From: Bacilli bacterium
GTDB lineage: Bacteria; Bacillota_I; Bacilli_A; RFN20; CAG-826
Length of the DNA stretch: 64,000 nt
Assembly: GCA_024408095.1 (NCBI GenBank)
Contig: JAKSVI010000001.1
Span: 33,814 to 97,813, forward strand
Direction of reading: 5' to 3'
Positions 50,681 to 58,998 of this stretch are shown here, piece after piece. The position numbers and the translations under genes were made by a program. Numbering within the stretch: the first letter of the stretch is position 1; every line of letters starts with the position of its first letter. Under the pieces are notes generated by a model. That model made no database searches and had not been told where the DNA came from. It saw nothing but the letters and a program-made list of their open reading frames with translations.

Positions 50681-53338
50681 ATGGCAAAAAAATCAAAAAT
50701 AATTGATGAAATTATTAATGAAAATATTTCCGTTGAACCTCTCGAGGAAGTGATGGGCGATCGATATGCTACATATGCAAAATATGTTATTCAAGATAGA
50801 GCCATTCCAGATGTAAGAGATGGTTTAAAACCAGTCCAAAGACGTATTATTTTCACTATGTTTAAAAGTAATAATACTTTTAATAGACCAACAAAAAAAT
50901 GTGCGCATACTGTTGGAGCGGTTATGGGTACATTCCATCCACACGGCGACACTTCAATTTATGAAGCATTAGCAAGAATGAGCCAAGACTGGAAGGTTAG
51001 ATATCCATTAATAGATTTCCAAGGTAATAATGGTTCTATTGACGGAGATGCTCCCGCCGCTTATCGTTATACTGAATCTAGATTAAGCGAGCTTTCAAAC
51101 GAATTAATTAGGGATATTGAAAAACATACAGTGGATATGCAATTAAATTTTGATGATACTGAATATGAACCTGTCGTTCTACCATCAAGATTTCCAAATT
51201 TATTAATTAATGGTGCCGAAGGAATTGCAGTTGCTTTAGCAACAGAAATTCCCCCTCATAACTTACGTGAAGTTATTGAAGCAACTATTTATCGAATAAA
51301 CCATAAAAACGCAACAATTGCTGACCTATTAACGTTTGTTCAAGGTCCTGATTTTCCAATGGGTGGATTTATTTATAAATCCCAGGGTCTAGAAAGCATA
51401 TATCAAACTGGTAGAGGAAGAATAGAAGTTGCGGCAAAAACCGAAATTATAAAAAATAAAGATGAACAACAAATAATTGTTACTGAAATACCCTATAAAG
51501 TGCAGAAAAATTTGCTTGTCTATGAAATAGACAAAATTCGGCATTCAAAAGCCATTGATGGCATTTTAGAAGTTAGAGATGAGTCTGAAGGCGAAACAAT
51601 ACGCATTGTTATAGATATCAAAAAAGGGTGCAAAACCGATTTAATTCTTCAATATTTGATGGATAAAACATCATTAAAAACCGGTTACAGCGCAAATATG
51701 GTTGCCATTGTAGATGGAAGACCAAAAACATTAAATTTATTAGATTTTATCGATAGTTATATATCTCATCAGGTCGATGTAATAACTAGAAAAACAAATT
51801 TTGATTTACAAAAATACAAAGAACGTTTGCATATTGTAAATGGTTTAATTTTGGCATCAATTAATATAAATGAGGTTGTTGAAATAATAAGGCACAGCAA
51901 TGATAAAGGCGATAGTAAAATTAACTTAATGAATCGTTTTAACTTATCAAACGAACAAGCCGAAGCCATAGTTACAATGCCGTTATACAAATTAAGCCAT
52001 ACTGACGAATTGGTTTTAAAGGAAGAAAAAGCCCAATTAGAATTAGACATCTCTGAATGTGAAGAAATATTAAAAGATCCCAATAAGCTCAATAGATCTT
52101 TAATAAAAGATCTCAAAGAGATCTCTAATAAATATGGTGATGATCGTAGAACTGAAATTATTGAAAAAGGTGAAGAAAAGAAAATTGATAAACGCGAACT
52201 CATATTAGAAGAATCAACAATGGTCGCGGTTACTTACGATGGATATGCGAAACGTTCATCCATTAAATCATATAAATCATCAGAAGGTTCACTTCCAGGA
52301 ATTAAAGATGGAGATAAACTAATAGCCTATGGTGAGGCGTTAACAACTGATTTCGTGGTTTGTTTTACAAACCAAGGAAATTATTTCAGCATTCCAGTAC
52401 ATGTTTTGCAAGAAGTTAGATGGAAGGATGAAGGCAATCACTTAAATGATTTTATTAATTTAAACCAAGGCGAAAAGATTATAAAAGCTCTCTCAGTTCA
52501 CGAAATACGAAACGATATATATTTATCTATATTAACTAAGTTCGGTCAAATTAAACGTATGTCGCTTGCTTCTATTGATACATTGAAACATTCTAGACCA
52601 ATGAGATGCATGCGTTTGCTCAATAATGATACTGTGGTGGGCGTCGACGTTTTAACCGGCAATAGTGATTTACTTGTTATTACAAGTAACGGAAATTTGT
52701 CCATGTATAACGAAAATGAACTAACTATTTTAGGCAGTGGAGCAGGAGGAGTTAAATCAATATCAGGATTAGGAAGCAATAGCGCTGTAGCGCTTATCGC
52801 TGTTTCAGAAAACGAAAGATGCAAAATTGCTTTATTTACTGATAAAGGTCATTTACGCATTTTTGATCCAAAAAATATAAATAAAACAGCTAGGCTAGGC
52901 AAGGTGACACATATTTGTCCTTCCTTTAAGGGTGAACCTCATAATGTTGTTTCAGCTATTAAAATTTCAAAAGAACTAGATTCTAAAAATGTTAATTTAT
53001 ATTTGAGTAACAACGAAACAGTTCAGTTATTAATAACTGATTTTACTAATACAGAGGCACAATATGCCAAGAAAAATATTAATGAAGTGCCTTCCAAAGT
53101 GGATATTTTAAATGTTTTTGATGATAATCTATGCACAATCAACCAAAATACCGTTGCTGTCCCTATAAGAGTAGTAGAACAATCTATCGATATTAAAAAC
53201 GAATCTTCAAATGATGCGAAAATAGAAAATAATATAGAGACAGAAGTTGAAGAAAAACAAATGCAAAGCAAAGAAAATGAAGATAAAAAAGGAAATGGAT
53301 TTGAACAGATTTCTATTTTTGATGATATTGACGAATAA
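50681..53338 (+). CDS. parC: DNA topoisomerase IV subunit A (with an extended acidic C-terminal tail)
   Basis: 885 aa. Active-site region around AAMRYTE-like YRYTESRL. No GyrA box. The C-terminal roughly 80 aa are low-complexity and acidic. Confidence 0.8.
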   Translation: MAKKSKIIDEIINENISVEPLEEVMGDRYATYAKYVIQDRAIPDVRDGLKPVQRRIIFTMFKSNNTFNRPTKKCAHTVGAVMGTFHPHGDTSIYEALARMSQDWKVRYPLIDFQGNNGSIDGDAPAAYRYTESRLSELSNELIRDIEKHTVDMQLNFDDTEYEPVVLPSRFPNLLINGAEGIAVALATEIPPHNLREVIEATIYRINHKNATIADLLTFVQGPDFPMGGFIYKSQGLESIYQTGRGRIEVAAKTEIIKNKDEQQIIVTEIPYKVQKNLLVYEIDKIRHSKAIDGILEVRDESEGETIRIVIDIKKGCKTDLILQYLMDKTSLKTGYSANMVAIVDGRPKTLNLLDFIDSYISHQVDVITRKTNFDLQKYKERLHIVNGLILASININEVVEIIRHSNDKGDSKINLMNRFNLSNEQAEAIVTMPLYKLSHTDELVLKEEKAQLELDISECEEILKDPNKLNRSLIKDLKEISNKYGDDRRTEIIEKGEEKKIDKRELILEESTMVAVTYDGYAKRSSIKSYKSSEGSLPGIKDGDKLIAYGEALTTDFVVCFTNQGNYFSIPVHVLQEVRWKDEGNHLNDFINLNQGEKIIKALSVHEIRNDIYLSILTKFGQIKRMSLASIDTLKHSRPMRCMRLLNNDTVVGVDVLTGNSDLLVITSNGNLSMYNENELTILGSGAGGVKSISGLGSNSAVALIAVSENERCKIALFTDKGHLRIFDPKNINKTARLGKVTHICPSFKGEPHNVVSAIKISKELDSKNVNLYLSNNETVQLLITDFTNTEAQYAKKNINEVPSKVDILNVFDDNLCTINQNTVAVPIRVVEQSIDIKNESSNDAKIENNIETEVEEKQMQSKENEDKKGNGFEQISIFDDIDE

Positions 53339-53509
53339 CACAAAGTGTTAAATAATATTTGTAGTATAAATTTAGTATATTTTTAGTATATGGATATTTT
53401 ATTGTAAAAATTTATACCACGTTGTTTTATGACCTTTATTATGCTCATATTGTTTATAAAAGTATGTATTTATACAACTTTTTAGTTTAATATATTTACA
53501 TAACAAGAT

Positions 53510-54031
53510 ATGTTTAAGCGTTTTATTCCATTTGCTCATGCTAATTCAATTTATGAAATTGATCCTTCGTTTTATAAAAAGTATGGCGTTAAGACGCTAT
53601 TGGTTGATTTAGACAACACATTAGATAGTTATAAACTATATAATCCAACGGAGAAAGCAATAAATCTTGTTAACAAGCTTAAGAAGGAAGGAATAAATGT
53701 CGTTGTAATTAGCAATAATAGGGGGCCGCGAGTATCCTCATATGCAAAAGGCTTAAATGTTCCTTACATATGGAGTGCTCGAAAACCTTTCCCCAATGCA
53801 ATTAATCGCTATATCAAACAAAATTCTTTAAAACGAGAAAATGTAATGTTTGTTGGCGATCAAATGATGACTGATGTTCTTGCTACACATTATGCGCATG
53901 TTAGAATCGTGCTAACAGAAAAAATAGTGAAGGAAGATCAGTGGACGACACATATTAATCGAATATTCGGTAAAAGAATACGCAAATATCATGCAAAACA
54001 CGGAAATTTACGTGACTGGAGGACACTATAA
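53510..54031 (+). CDS. HAD-IIIA phosphatase, YqeG family
   Basis: 173 aa. Motifs LLVDLDNTL, VVISNN and VGDQMMTD. Confidence 0.8.
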   Translation: MFKRFIPFAHANSIYEIDPSFYKKYGVKTLLVDLDNTLDSYKLYNPTEKAINLVNKLKKEGINVVVISNNRGPRVSSYAKGLNVPYIWSARKPFPNAINRYIKQNSLKRENVMFVGDQMMTDVLATHYAHVRIVLTEKIVKEDQWTTHINRIFGKRIRKYHAKHGNLRDWRTL

Positions 54032-55167
54032 TGGCAAAAGCAAAAAGAGTGGCAAGATGCTATCATTGCGGAGCAATCTTACAATCAGAAAACAAAAATG
54101 AGGAAGGCTTCATTTCCAAAGAATTTACAGGAGAAAATACACCAAAAATTCCTTACTGCAATAAGTGCTACGAAAAAATGCAAAGTTTGAACTCTGGGTA
54201 TCTTGATTTATCAGTTCAAGATGATGTTTTAAAAGTGTTAAAAGACGCCAACGCAACTGATGCTTACATTATTTGGGTTGTTGATTTATTCTCATTTAAT
54301 GGAACAATTAATCCAGAAATTGCTAAAAGTGTTAAAAAACTGAATGTTTGCGTTGTTGGAACAAAACGTGATTTATTTTCTAGAACAATTAAAAATGAAA
54401 CCTTTGAAAGATATCTTAATGAAACATTCACTAGTGTTGGAATTAAACCAGTTAAGGTTTTGATTTTGGGCAATGAAGATTCATGGGACACTGATACGTT
54501 ATATAAGAAATTACAAAAAGTTAGACAAGGTCACGATGTTTATATGATTGGCTCTTTACAAAGTGGCAAAACAACATTAATTAACAAGATGTTAAAATCT
54601 TATAAAAATAAAACTAAGTGGAATGTTAATTCTGAATTTTATCCAGATACTAACCTTAAGGTTTTAGAAATTCCATTTGATAATTCAAGTTTTTTCTACG
54701 AACTTCCAGGATGGCCTCTCGCGACTTCTATCGTCTCAAAAGTTGAGAAAGAACTGGCTAAATTTATTATTCCTAGAAAAAAGATTCATCCAACTTTAAG
54801 AACATTAGCAAGAGGCGAATCAATTTTATTAGGCGGTTTAGCTGCATACTCGTTGGTTAAAGGCAGATCAACAGCAATTAAGTTATATTGCAGTGGCGAA
54901 GTGGAAAATAAAAAGGTTCCAACTAGCAAATTAACTGAGATTATGCGTACAAACTATCATAAACGTATTTTACGTCCTGTCAGTGATAGATTTAATGACT
55001 TTAGTGATTATGACTTATTTGAATATGAAATGGAAAACGATAATCAAGTACATGACATTTCTATTGAGGGACTCTGCTGGATTTCATTTATCGGTAGAGG
55101 ACAAACTATTCGTGTAATGCTACCAAAAGGCTGTGCGCTTAAAGAATCCTTAGCAAAAATAAGATAA
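54031..55167 (+). CDS. yqeH: Ribosome biogenesis GTPase YqeH
   Basis: 378 aa. N-terminal Cys4 zinc finger (CYHCG...CNKC), circularly permuted G domain (GSLQSGKTT). Confidence 0.85.
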   Translation: MAKAKRVARCYHCGAILQSENKNEEGFISKEFTGENTPKIPYCNKCYEKMQSLNSGYLDLSVQDDVLKVLKDANATDAYIIWVVDLFSFNGTINPEIAKSVKKLNVCVVGTKRDLFSRTIKNETFERYLNETFTSVGIKPVKVLILGNEDSWDTDTLYKKLQKVRQGHDVYMIGSLQSGKTTLINKMLKSYKNKTKWNVNSEFYPDTNLKVLEIPFDNSSFFYELPGWPLATSIVSKVEKELAKFIIPRKKIHPTLRTLARGESILLGGLAAYSLVKGRSTAIKLYCSGEVENKKVPTSKLTEIMRTNYHKRILRPVSDRFNDFSDYDLFEYEMENDNQVHDISIEGLCWISFIGRGQTIRVMLPKGCALKESLAKIR

Positions 55168-55171
55168 AAAT

Positions 55172-55465
55172 ATGCTTACTCAGTCCCAAAAAAAACAATT
55201 AAAGGCACTTGCCAGTAAATTAGATGTTAAATATCAAGTCGGCAAAAAAGAAATAACTGAAAGTCTTTTAAATATGCTGAGCAACGCTTTAACAGCACAT
55301 GAACTCATAAAAATTGACATTATGAAATCCATCGATAAGCCAATTATGGAAATTGCACTTGACTTATCAAGCAAATTGAACGCTGATATTGTACAGGTGG
55401 TTGGCAGAGCAATTGTCCTTTACAAGAAAAATAAAGATAAAACCATCATAAAGCTAGTAAAATAA
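55172..55465 (+). CDS. yhbY: RNA-binding protein YhbY/YqeI (CRS1/YhbY domain)
   Basis: 97 aa. CRM-domain pattern KQLKALAS...HELIKI...VQVVGRAIVLYK. Confidence 0.8.
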   Translation: MLTQSQKKQLKALASKLDVKYQVGKKEITESLLNMLSNALTAHELIKIDIMKSIDKPIMEIALDLSSKLNADIVQVVGRAIVLYKKNKDKTIIKLVK

Positions 55466-55466
55466 T

Positions 55467-56546
55467 ATGGCTAAAATAATTTTTGGTGGCGCTTTTGATC
55501 CGATACATTTAGGCCATACTAATATGGCTGAATTAGCAAGCAAGCAATTTAATGCTGATGTTATTTTTGTTCCTGCAAAAATAGCTATTTGGAAAGAACA
55601 ATCAGTAGATTCGAAACATAAATTAAAAATGATAGAACTTGCTGTTAAAGGCCATAAAAACTTTGTAATTGATGATTTCGAAATCAAATCTGAAGGTGTT
55701 TGTTATACAATTGACACGTTAAGACATTTTTTAAAGAAATATCCAAATGAAAAATTATATCTGCTCATTGGTGTTGATCAAGTAAATAAATTTGATGCTT
55801 GGAAATGCGCCGATGAAATCTCAAATATCGCACAAATAATTTATTATTCTCGTCCTAGATATAAAGCTAATGCAAAAATCGTTTCTAAATATAACATGCA
55901 GCCTATAAATGGTGCAGGAATTGATATTTCATCAAGTGATATTAGATCGCTGAAAGACATTGCCTTAGACGAAGAAGTTATTAAATACATTGAAAAGAAC
56001 AATCTTTACTACATTCCAAGAGTTAAATCCTATCTGTCAGAATCCCGATTCAATCATTGTGTTTCTGTAGCGCATTTAGCTTATAAAATAGCTTTAACAA
56101 ATAAATTGGAAAATAGTGGTTCCTATTACATTGCAGGATTATTACACGACATCGGAAAAGATATATCGGATGAGCAAAAAAACACTATTATGAATGCTTA
56201 TTTTAAAGAATATGTGTCATTTGGAAAATGGAGTTATCACCAATTTGTTGGATCATATTTGGCAAAAAATGATTTTAAAATCACAAGCACATCCATCTTG
56301 AACGCAATTATGTTCCACGCGACAGGCTCCGATTCCATGGATATTTTAGCAAAGGTAATATACGCGTCTGATAAAATTGAACCTTCACGTGGATTTGATA
56401 GCAGTGACTTAATAAAATCTATGATGCAAAATCCTGAAATTGGCTTTTTGACTGTACTAAATGCAAACAAAATTTTTCTAACTTCTCAAAACAAGGATAT
56501 TTATAACAACTTGACCTACAAATGCTTTAAAAAATATTTAGGGTAA
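55467..56546 (+). CDS. nadD: Fusion of nicotinate-nucleotide adenylyltransferase NadD (N-terminal) with HD-domain hydrolase YqeK (C-terminal)
   Basis: 359 aa. N-terminal GGAFDPIHLGH (HxGH) nucleotidyltransferase motif. The C-terminal half has the HD motif (HC...LLHDIGKD). These are normally two adjacent genes (nadD, yqeK). Confidence 0.85.
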   Translation: MAKIIFGGAFDPIHLGHTNMAELASKQFNADVIFVPAKIAIWKEQSVDSKHKLKMIELAVKGHKNFVIDDFEIKSEGVCYTIDTLRHFLKKYPNEKLYLLIGVDQVNKFDAWKCADEISNIAQIIYYSRPRYKANAKIVSKYNMQPINGAGIDISSSDIRSLKDIALDEEVIKYIEKNNLYYIPRVKSYLSESRFNHCVSVAHLAYKIALTNKLENSGSYYIAGLLHDIGKDISDEQKNTIMNAYFKEYVSFGKWSYHQFVGSYLAKNDFKITSTSILNAIMFHATGSDSMDILAKVIYASDKIEPSRGFDSSDLIKSMMQNPEIGFLTVLNANKIFLTSQNKDIYNNLTYKCFKKYLG

Positions 56547-56798
56547 CTCAACAATCTGATCATCATAACAAGGCAGAAGCATAATAGTTCATTCTGGTGA
56601 TAGGGTTGTTTTTTATTTTACTGACAACTTCGCATAATTTCCGTTATGTTGTTTATTTTTTATCTTTATATGATTTAATCGTGTTTTATTTAACAATTTA
56701 ATAAGACAAATCAATTAACATTTTTGATATTTGTCTAAGTTTTCCACAAAAAAACGACAATTCTTAACTACTAATTATCTACTAATATTTTTCCAGCT

Positions 56799-57367
56799 TT
56801 AGCCATTATTATTCACAATCATTGCAAAATAAGCATTAATTAATAGGTTGACTTTAACCTCATTTAACATTGTAACATATCCATATTCTTCATCATCTTC
56901 TTCGGATAAATGTAGATTTTTGTCCCCAATAGCTTGACGTTTGTAAATTCGTAATTTATCAATTGCGCGTATTTGGTTAACAACAGCCAATGTTGAAGAT
57001 GTTGTGCCTAATCCAGGTATTATGCCTAAATCAAGATCACTTCTTGGATGTGCTCCGTTGTGATTTGTTTTTAAAGACAAACAATAACAAGCGGATTAAA
57101 TTCATTTGAATCCATAAGTACAACGCCATAATGCCTATTTGAAAATTCAGCATTAACATTTAATCCCCAATCAATTTCATAAATTTCACCGCGTTTAAGA
57201 TTGTATCTTAACTTATATTGCTCTGAGAAAGTTATATATTCCATCTGCCTTTTCATCCAATCAAGTTGATCTCTCATTCCTCCATAACGACCACCTTCAG
57301 ATGTAGGAAACCTGTCCTTTTTTATAACGCCAAACTTTTCATTGGAGCTAACTTCTAACTCATTCAT
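56799..57367 (-). pseudogene. MazF/PemK/EndoA-family endoribonuclease toxin gene interrupted by a frameshift at about 57071-57080, with an unusual roughly 55-aa N-terminal extension
   Basis: Two overlapping minus-strand ORFs (57071-57367 and 56799-57080) together align to B. subtilis EndoA/NdoA and Kid: RGEIYEIDWG...GVVLMDSNEFNPLVIVC | LSLKTNHNGAHPRSDLDLG...AVVNQIRAIDKLRIYKRQAIGDKNLHLSEEDDEEY. The break falls in the run CTTTAAAAAC. No antitoxin gene is adjacent. Confidence 0.6.
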
Positions 57368-57370
57368 AAA

Positions 57371-57419
57371 AAACCTCCTATATAAGTAGTTCGGAAGTTT
57401 TCTCGATTTTTATTAATTT
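57371..57419 (-). promoter_or_regulatory. Copy 3 of the conserved 49-nt leader element (minus strand), ending 3 nt upstream of the mazF-like ATG
   Basis: The minus strand reads AAATTAATAAAAATCGAGAAAACTTCCGAACTACTTATATAGGAGGTTT. It is identical to copy 1 except that TTGAAA becomes TCGAGA. Confidence 0.7.
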
Positions 57420-57434
57420 TTTTGAAAATTTTTT

Positions 57435-58019
57435 CTAAATTTTAATTAAAGCTTTGCTTTCTTTTTTTATTTTTTTCTCATAAATCAATGAAGATATCAT
57501 TCTAGAGGTCGCTTCTCTTGTTAAAAATAACTTATTTGCAAGTTCAGTTATACTTTTGTAATGAATGATTCCACCATTAATTTGAAAATAATAATCTAAA
57601 CGCTCAGTTGCCTTTGAAAAATTAAGAATTTTTATCTGCGAATTTAAAGTTTTACAAAATTCTGATTGCATATTGAGATAGCGTGATAGAAATTCTGTGT
57701 TATCTTTAAGTATGGAAACAAAATTATCCTTGGAAAAAAAGATTACTTTTGATTGTTCGACTGAAACAACATCGCCTTTATATGCAGAATCGCTCGAAAA
57801 AATCAAATTATTGCCAAACATCATACCAGGTTTAATAATATTAAAAACTACTTCCTTGCCACTATCTAAATATGAAACAATCTTTAGCTTACCTTGAAGC
57901 AAAACACCTATGTTACTACAAATTTCATCTTCTGAGAAAATTGTCGAGCCCTTTAAAAAGCTTTTAATATAACCTGTGCTAAATTCGTCTTTAGTTAATA
58001 CATCTAAAATATTTGTCAT
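57435..58019 (-). CDS. Crp/Fnr-family transcriptional regulator (cNMP-binding domain plus C-terminal HTH)
   Basis: The cyclic-nucleotide-binding-like beta-roll (GVLLQGKLKIVSYLDSGKEVVFNIIKPGMMFG) and C-terminal HTH (ITELANKLFLTREATSRMIS). The ORF-track start at 58145 would overlap the divergent lipoprotein gene by 68 nt, so the internal Met at 58019 is preferred. Confidence 0.7.
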   Translation of the reverse strand: MTNILDVLTKDEFSTGYIKSFLKGSTIFSEDEICSNIGVLLQGKLKIVSYLDSGKEVVFNIIKPGMMFGNNLIFSSDSAYKGDVVSVEQSKVIFFSKDNFVSILKDNTEFLSRYLNMQSEFCKTLNSQIKILNFSKATERLDYYFQINGGIIHYKSITELANKLFLTREATSRMISSLIYEKKIKKESKALIKI

Positions 58020-58021
58020 AT

Positions 58022-58037
58022 CGTGATTATAATCACA
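58022..58037. promoter_or_regulatory. CRP-like palindromic operator GTGA-N6-TCAC in the divergent intergenic region between the Crp/Fnr gene and the lipoprotein/permease genes
   Basis: cGTGATTATAATCACa is a perfect 4-6-4 palindrome matching the CRP half-site core TGTGA-N6-TCACA. It overlaps a TATAAT-like hexamer. Confidence 0.5.
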
Positions 58038-58077
58038 TATTTGTATATAAAAGTCCACTATTATATTAAGGAGAATT

Positions 58078-58998
58078 ATGAAGAATTTACTATTACTACC
58101 ATTACTAAGCATATCATTAACATCCTGCGGAAATTGGATATCCAAAGGATTAACAATTATTTCACCAACCGGAGCACCAGCAATTGCATTTTATAACCAT
58201 TATGCCAACAGCGCTTTTGAAACAAATAGCATCCCAGGCAATATAGTTGCGATGATGGTTGGCAAAAATGCAAAAGATATAGTTGTAATTGATATTACAA
58301 GTGGAATATCTGCTATTAATCAAGGAGTCAATTACAAATTGGCTGCATGTTTAACATTTGGCAATTTCTATCTATGTGGCACAGGAAATGATGAAAATAA
58401 GCAATTAAATCCAGGAGATAAAATTATATTGTTTAAACGACATGGACTCCCAGATATTGTATTTCATTACTTGTATGGCAACGAATATGATTCACAAATA
58501 CAATATGTCGATAGCGCAGCAACAGCGAGTACCTGCCTTGCAAAAGGAAAAGATTTGAATAATAATCCAATTGACTATGTTTTCCTAGCGGAACCTGCGG
58601 TTACGACGGTTTTAAACAACAAACAAGCACCAACTTATGGAAAATCATATGTTTATAGAAGTATTCAAGAAGATTTTAAAGAAAAATCTGGTAAAGATAT
58701 GATTCAAGCTTCTATTTTCATTAATAACAATGTTACAAAATCTGATGCTGTTTCATTTCTGAATGGTCTTCAAAAAGATATAGCAGAAGGAATTTTAAAC
58801 CCTTCTGTTGTAAAAGAATGTATAGAAAAAGATGCTAATAATCGATATGGAATGACACCTGATCAAGCATATAATTGTTTGTTAACAAATACTATTGGCT
58901 TAGGTTTTAAAGATGCATACGAAATGAAAGATGACATAGATAACTTTGTTACTCTTTTTGGATTGGAAAAGACACATGAAGAAATTTATTTCAAATAA
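58078..58998 (+). CDS. Lipoprotein, probable ABC-transporter substrate-binding component
   Basis: 306 aa. Lipobox LTSCG after an N-terminal signal peptide (MKNLLLLPLLSISLTS-C). Cotranscribed with a downstream TauT/NitT-type permease. Confidence 0.55.
   Translation: MKNLLLLPLLSISLTSCGNWISKGLTIISPTGAPAIAFYNHYANSAFETNSIPGNIVAMMVGKNAKDIVVIDITSGISAINQGVNYKLAACLTFGNFYLCGTGNDENKQLNPGDKIILFKRHGLPDIVFHYLYGNEYDSQIQYVDSAATASTCLAKGKDLNNNPIDYVFLAEPAVTTVLNNKQAPTYGKSYVYRSIQEDFKEKSGKDMIQASIFINNNVTKSDAVSFLNGLQKDIAEGILNPSVVKECIEKDANNRYGMTPDQAYNCLLTNTIGLGFKDAYEMKDDIDNFVTLFGLEKTHEEIYFK

Noticed and set aside
48745-53338. Alternative assignment of this gene pair as gyrB/gyrA.
   Set aside because: The neighbourhood yneF-plsY-parE-parC is the conserved topo IV context. 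There is no GyrA box (QRRGGKG) in the A-subunit C-terminus and no dnaA/dnaN/recF nearby.
57061-57090. Programmed -1 ribosomal frameshift as the explanation for the split mazF-like gene.
   Set aside because: The junction (G TTT GTC TTT AAA AAC) has no canonical X XXY YYZ slippery heptamer in the zero frame and no obvious downstream pseudoknot. An indel in the A-run or a true pseudogene is more parsimonious.
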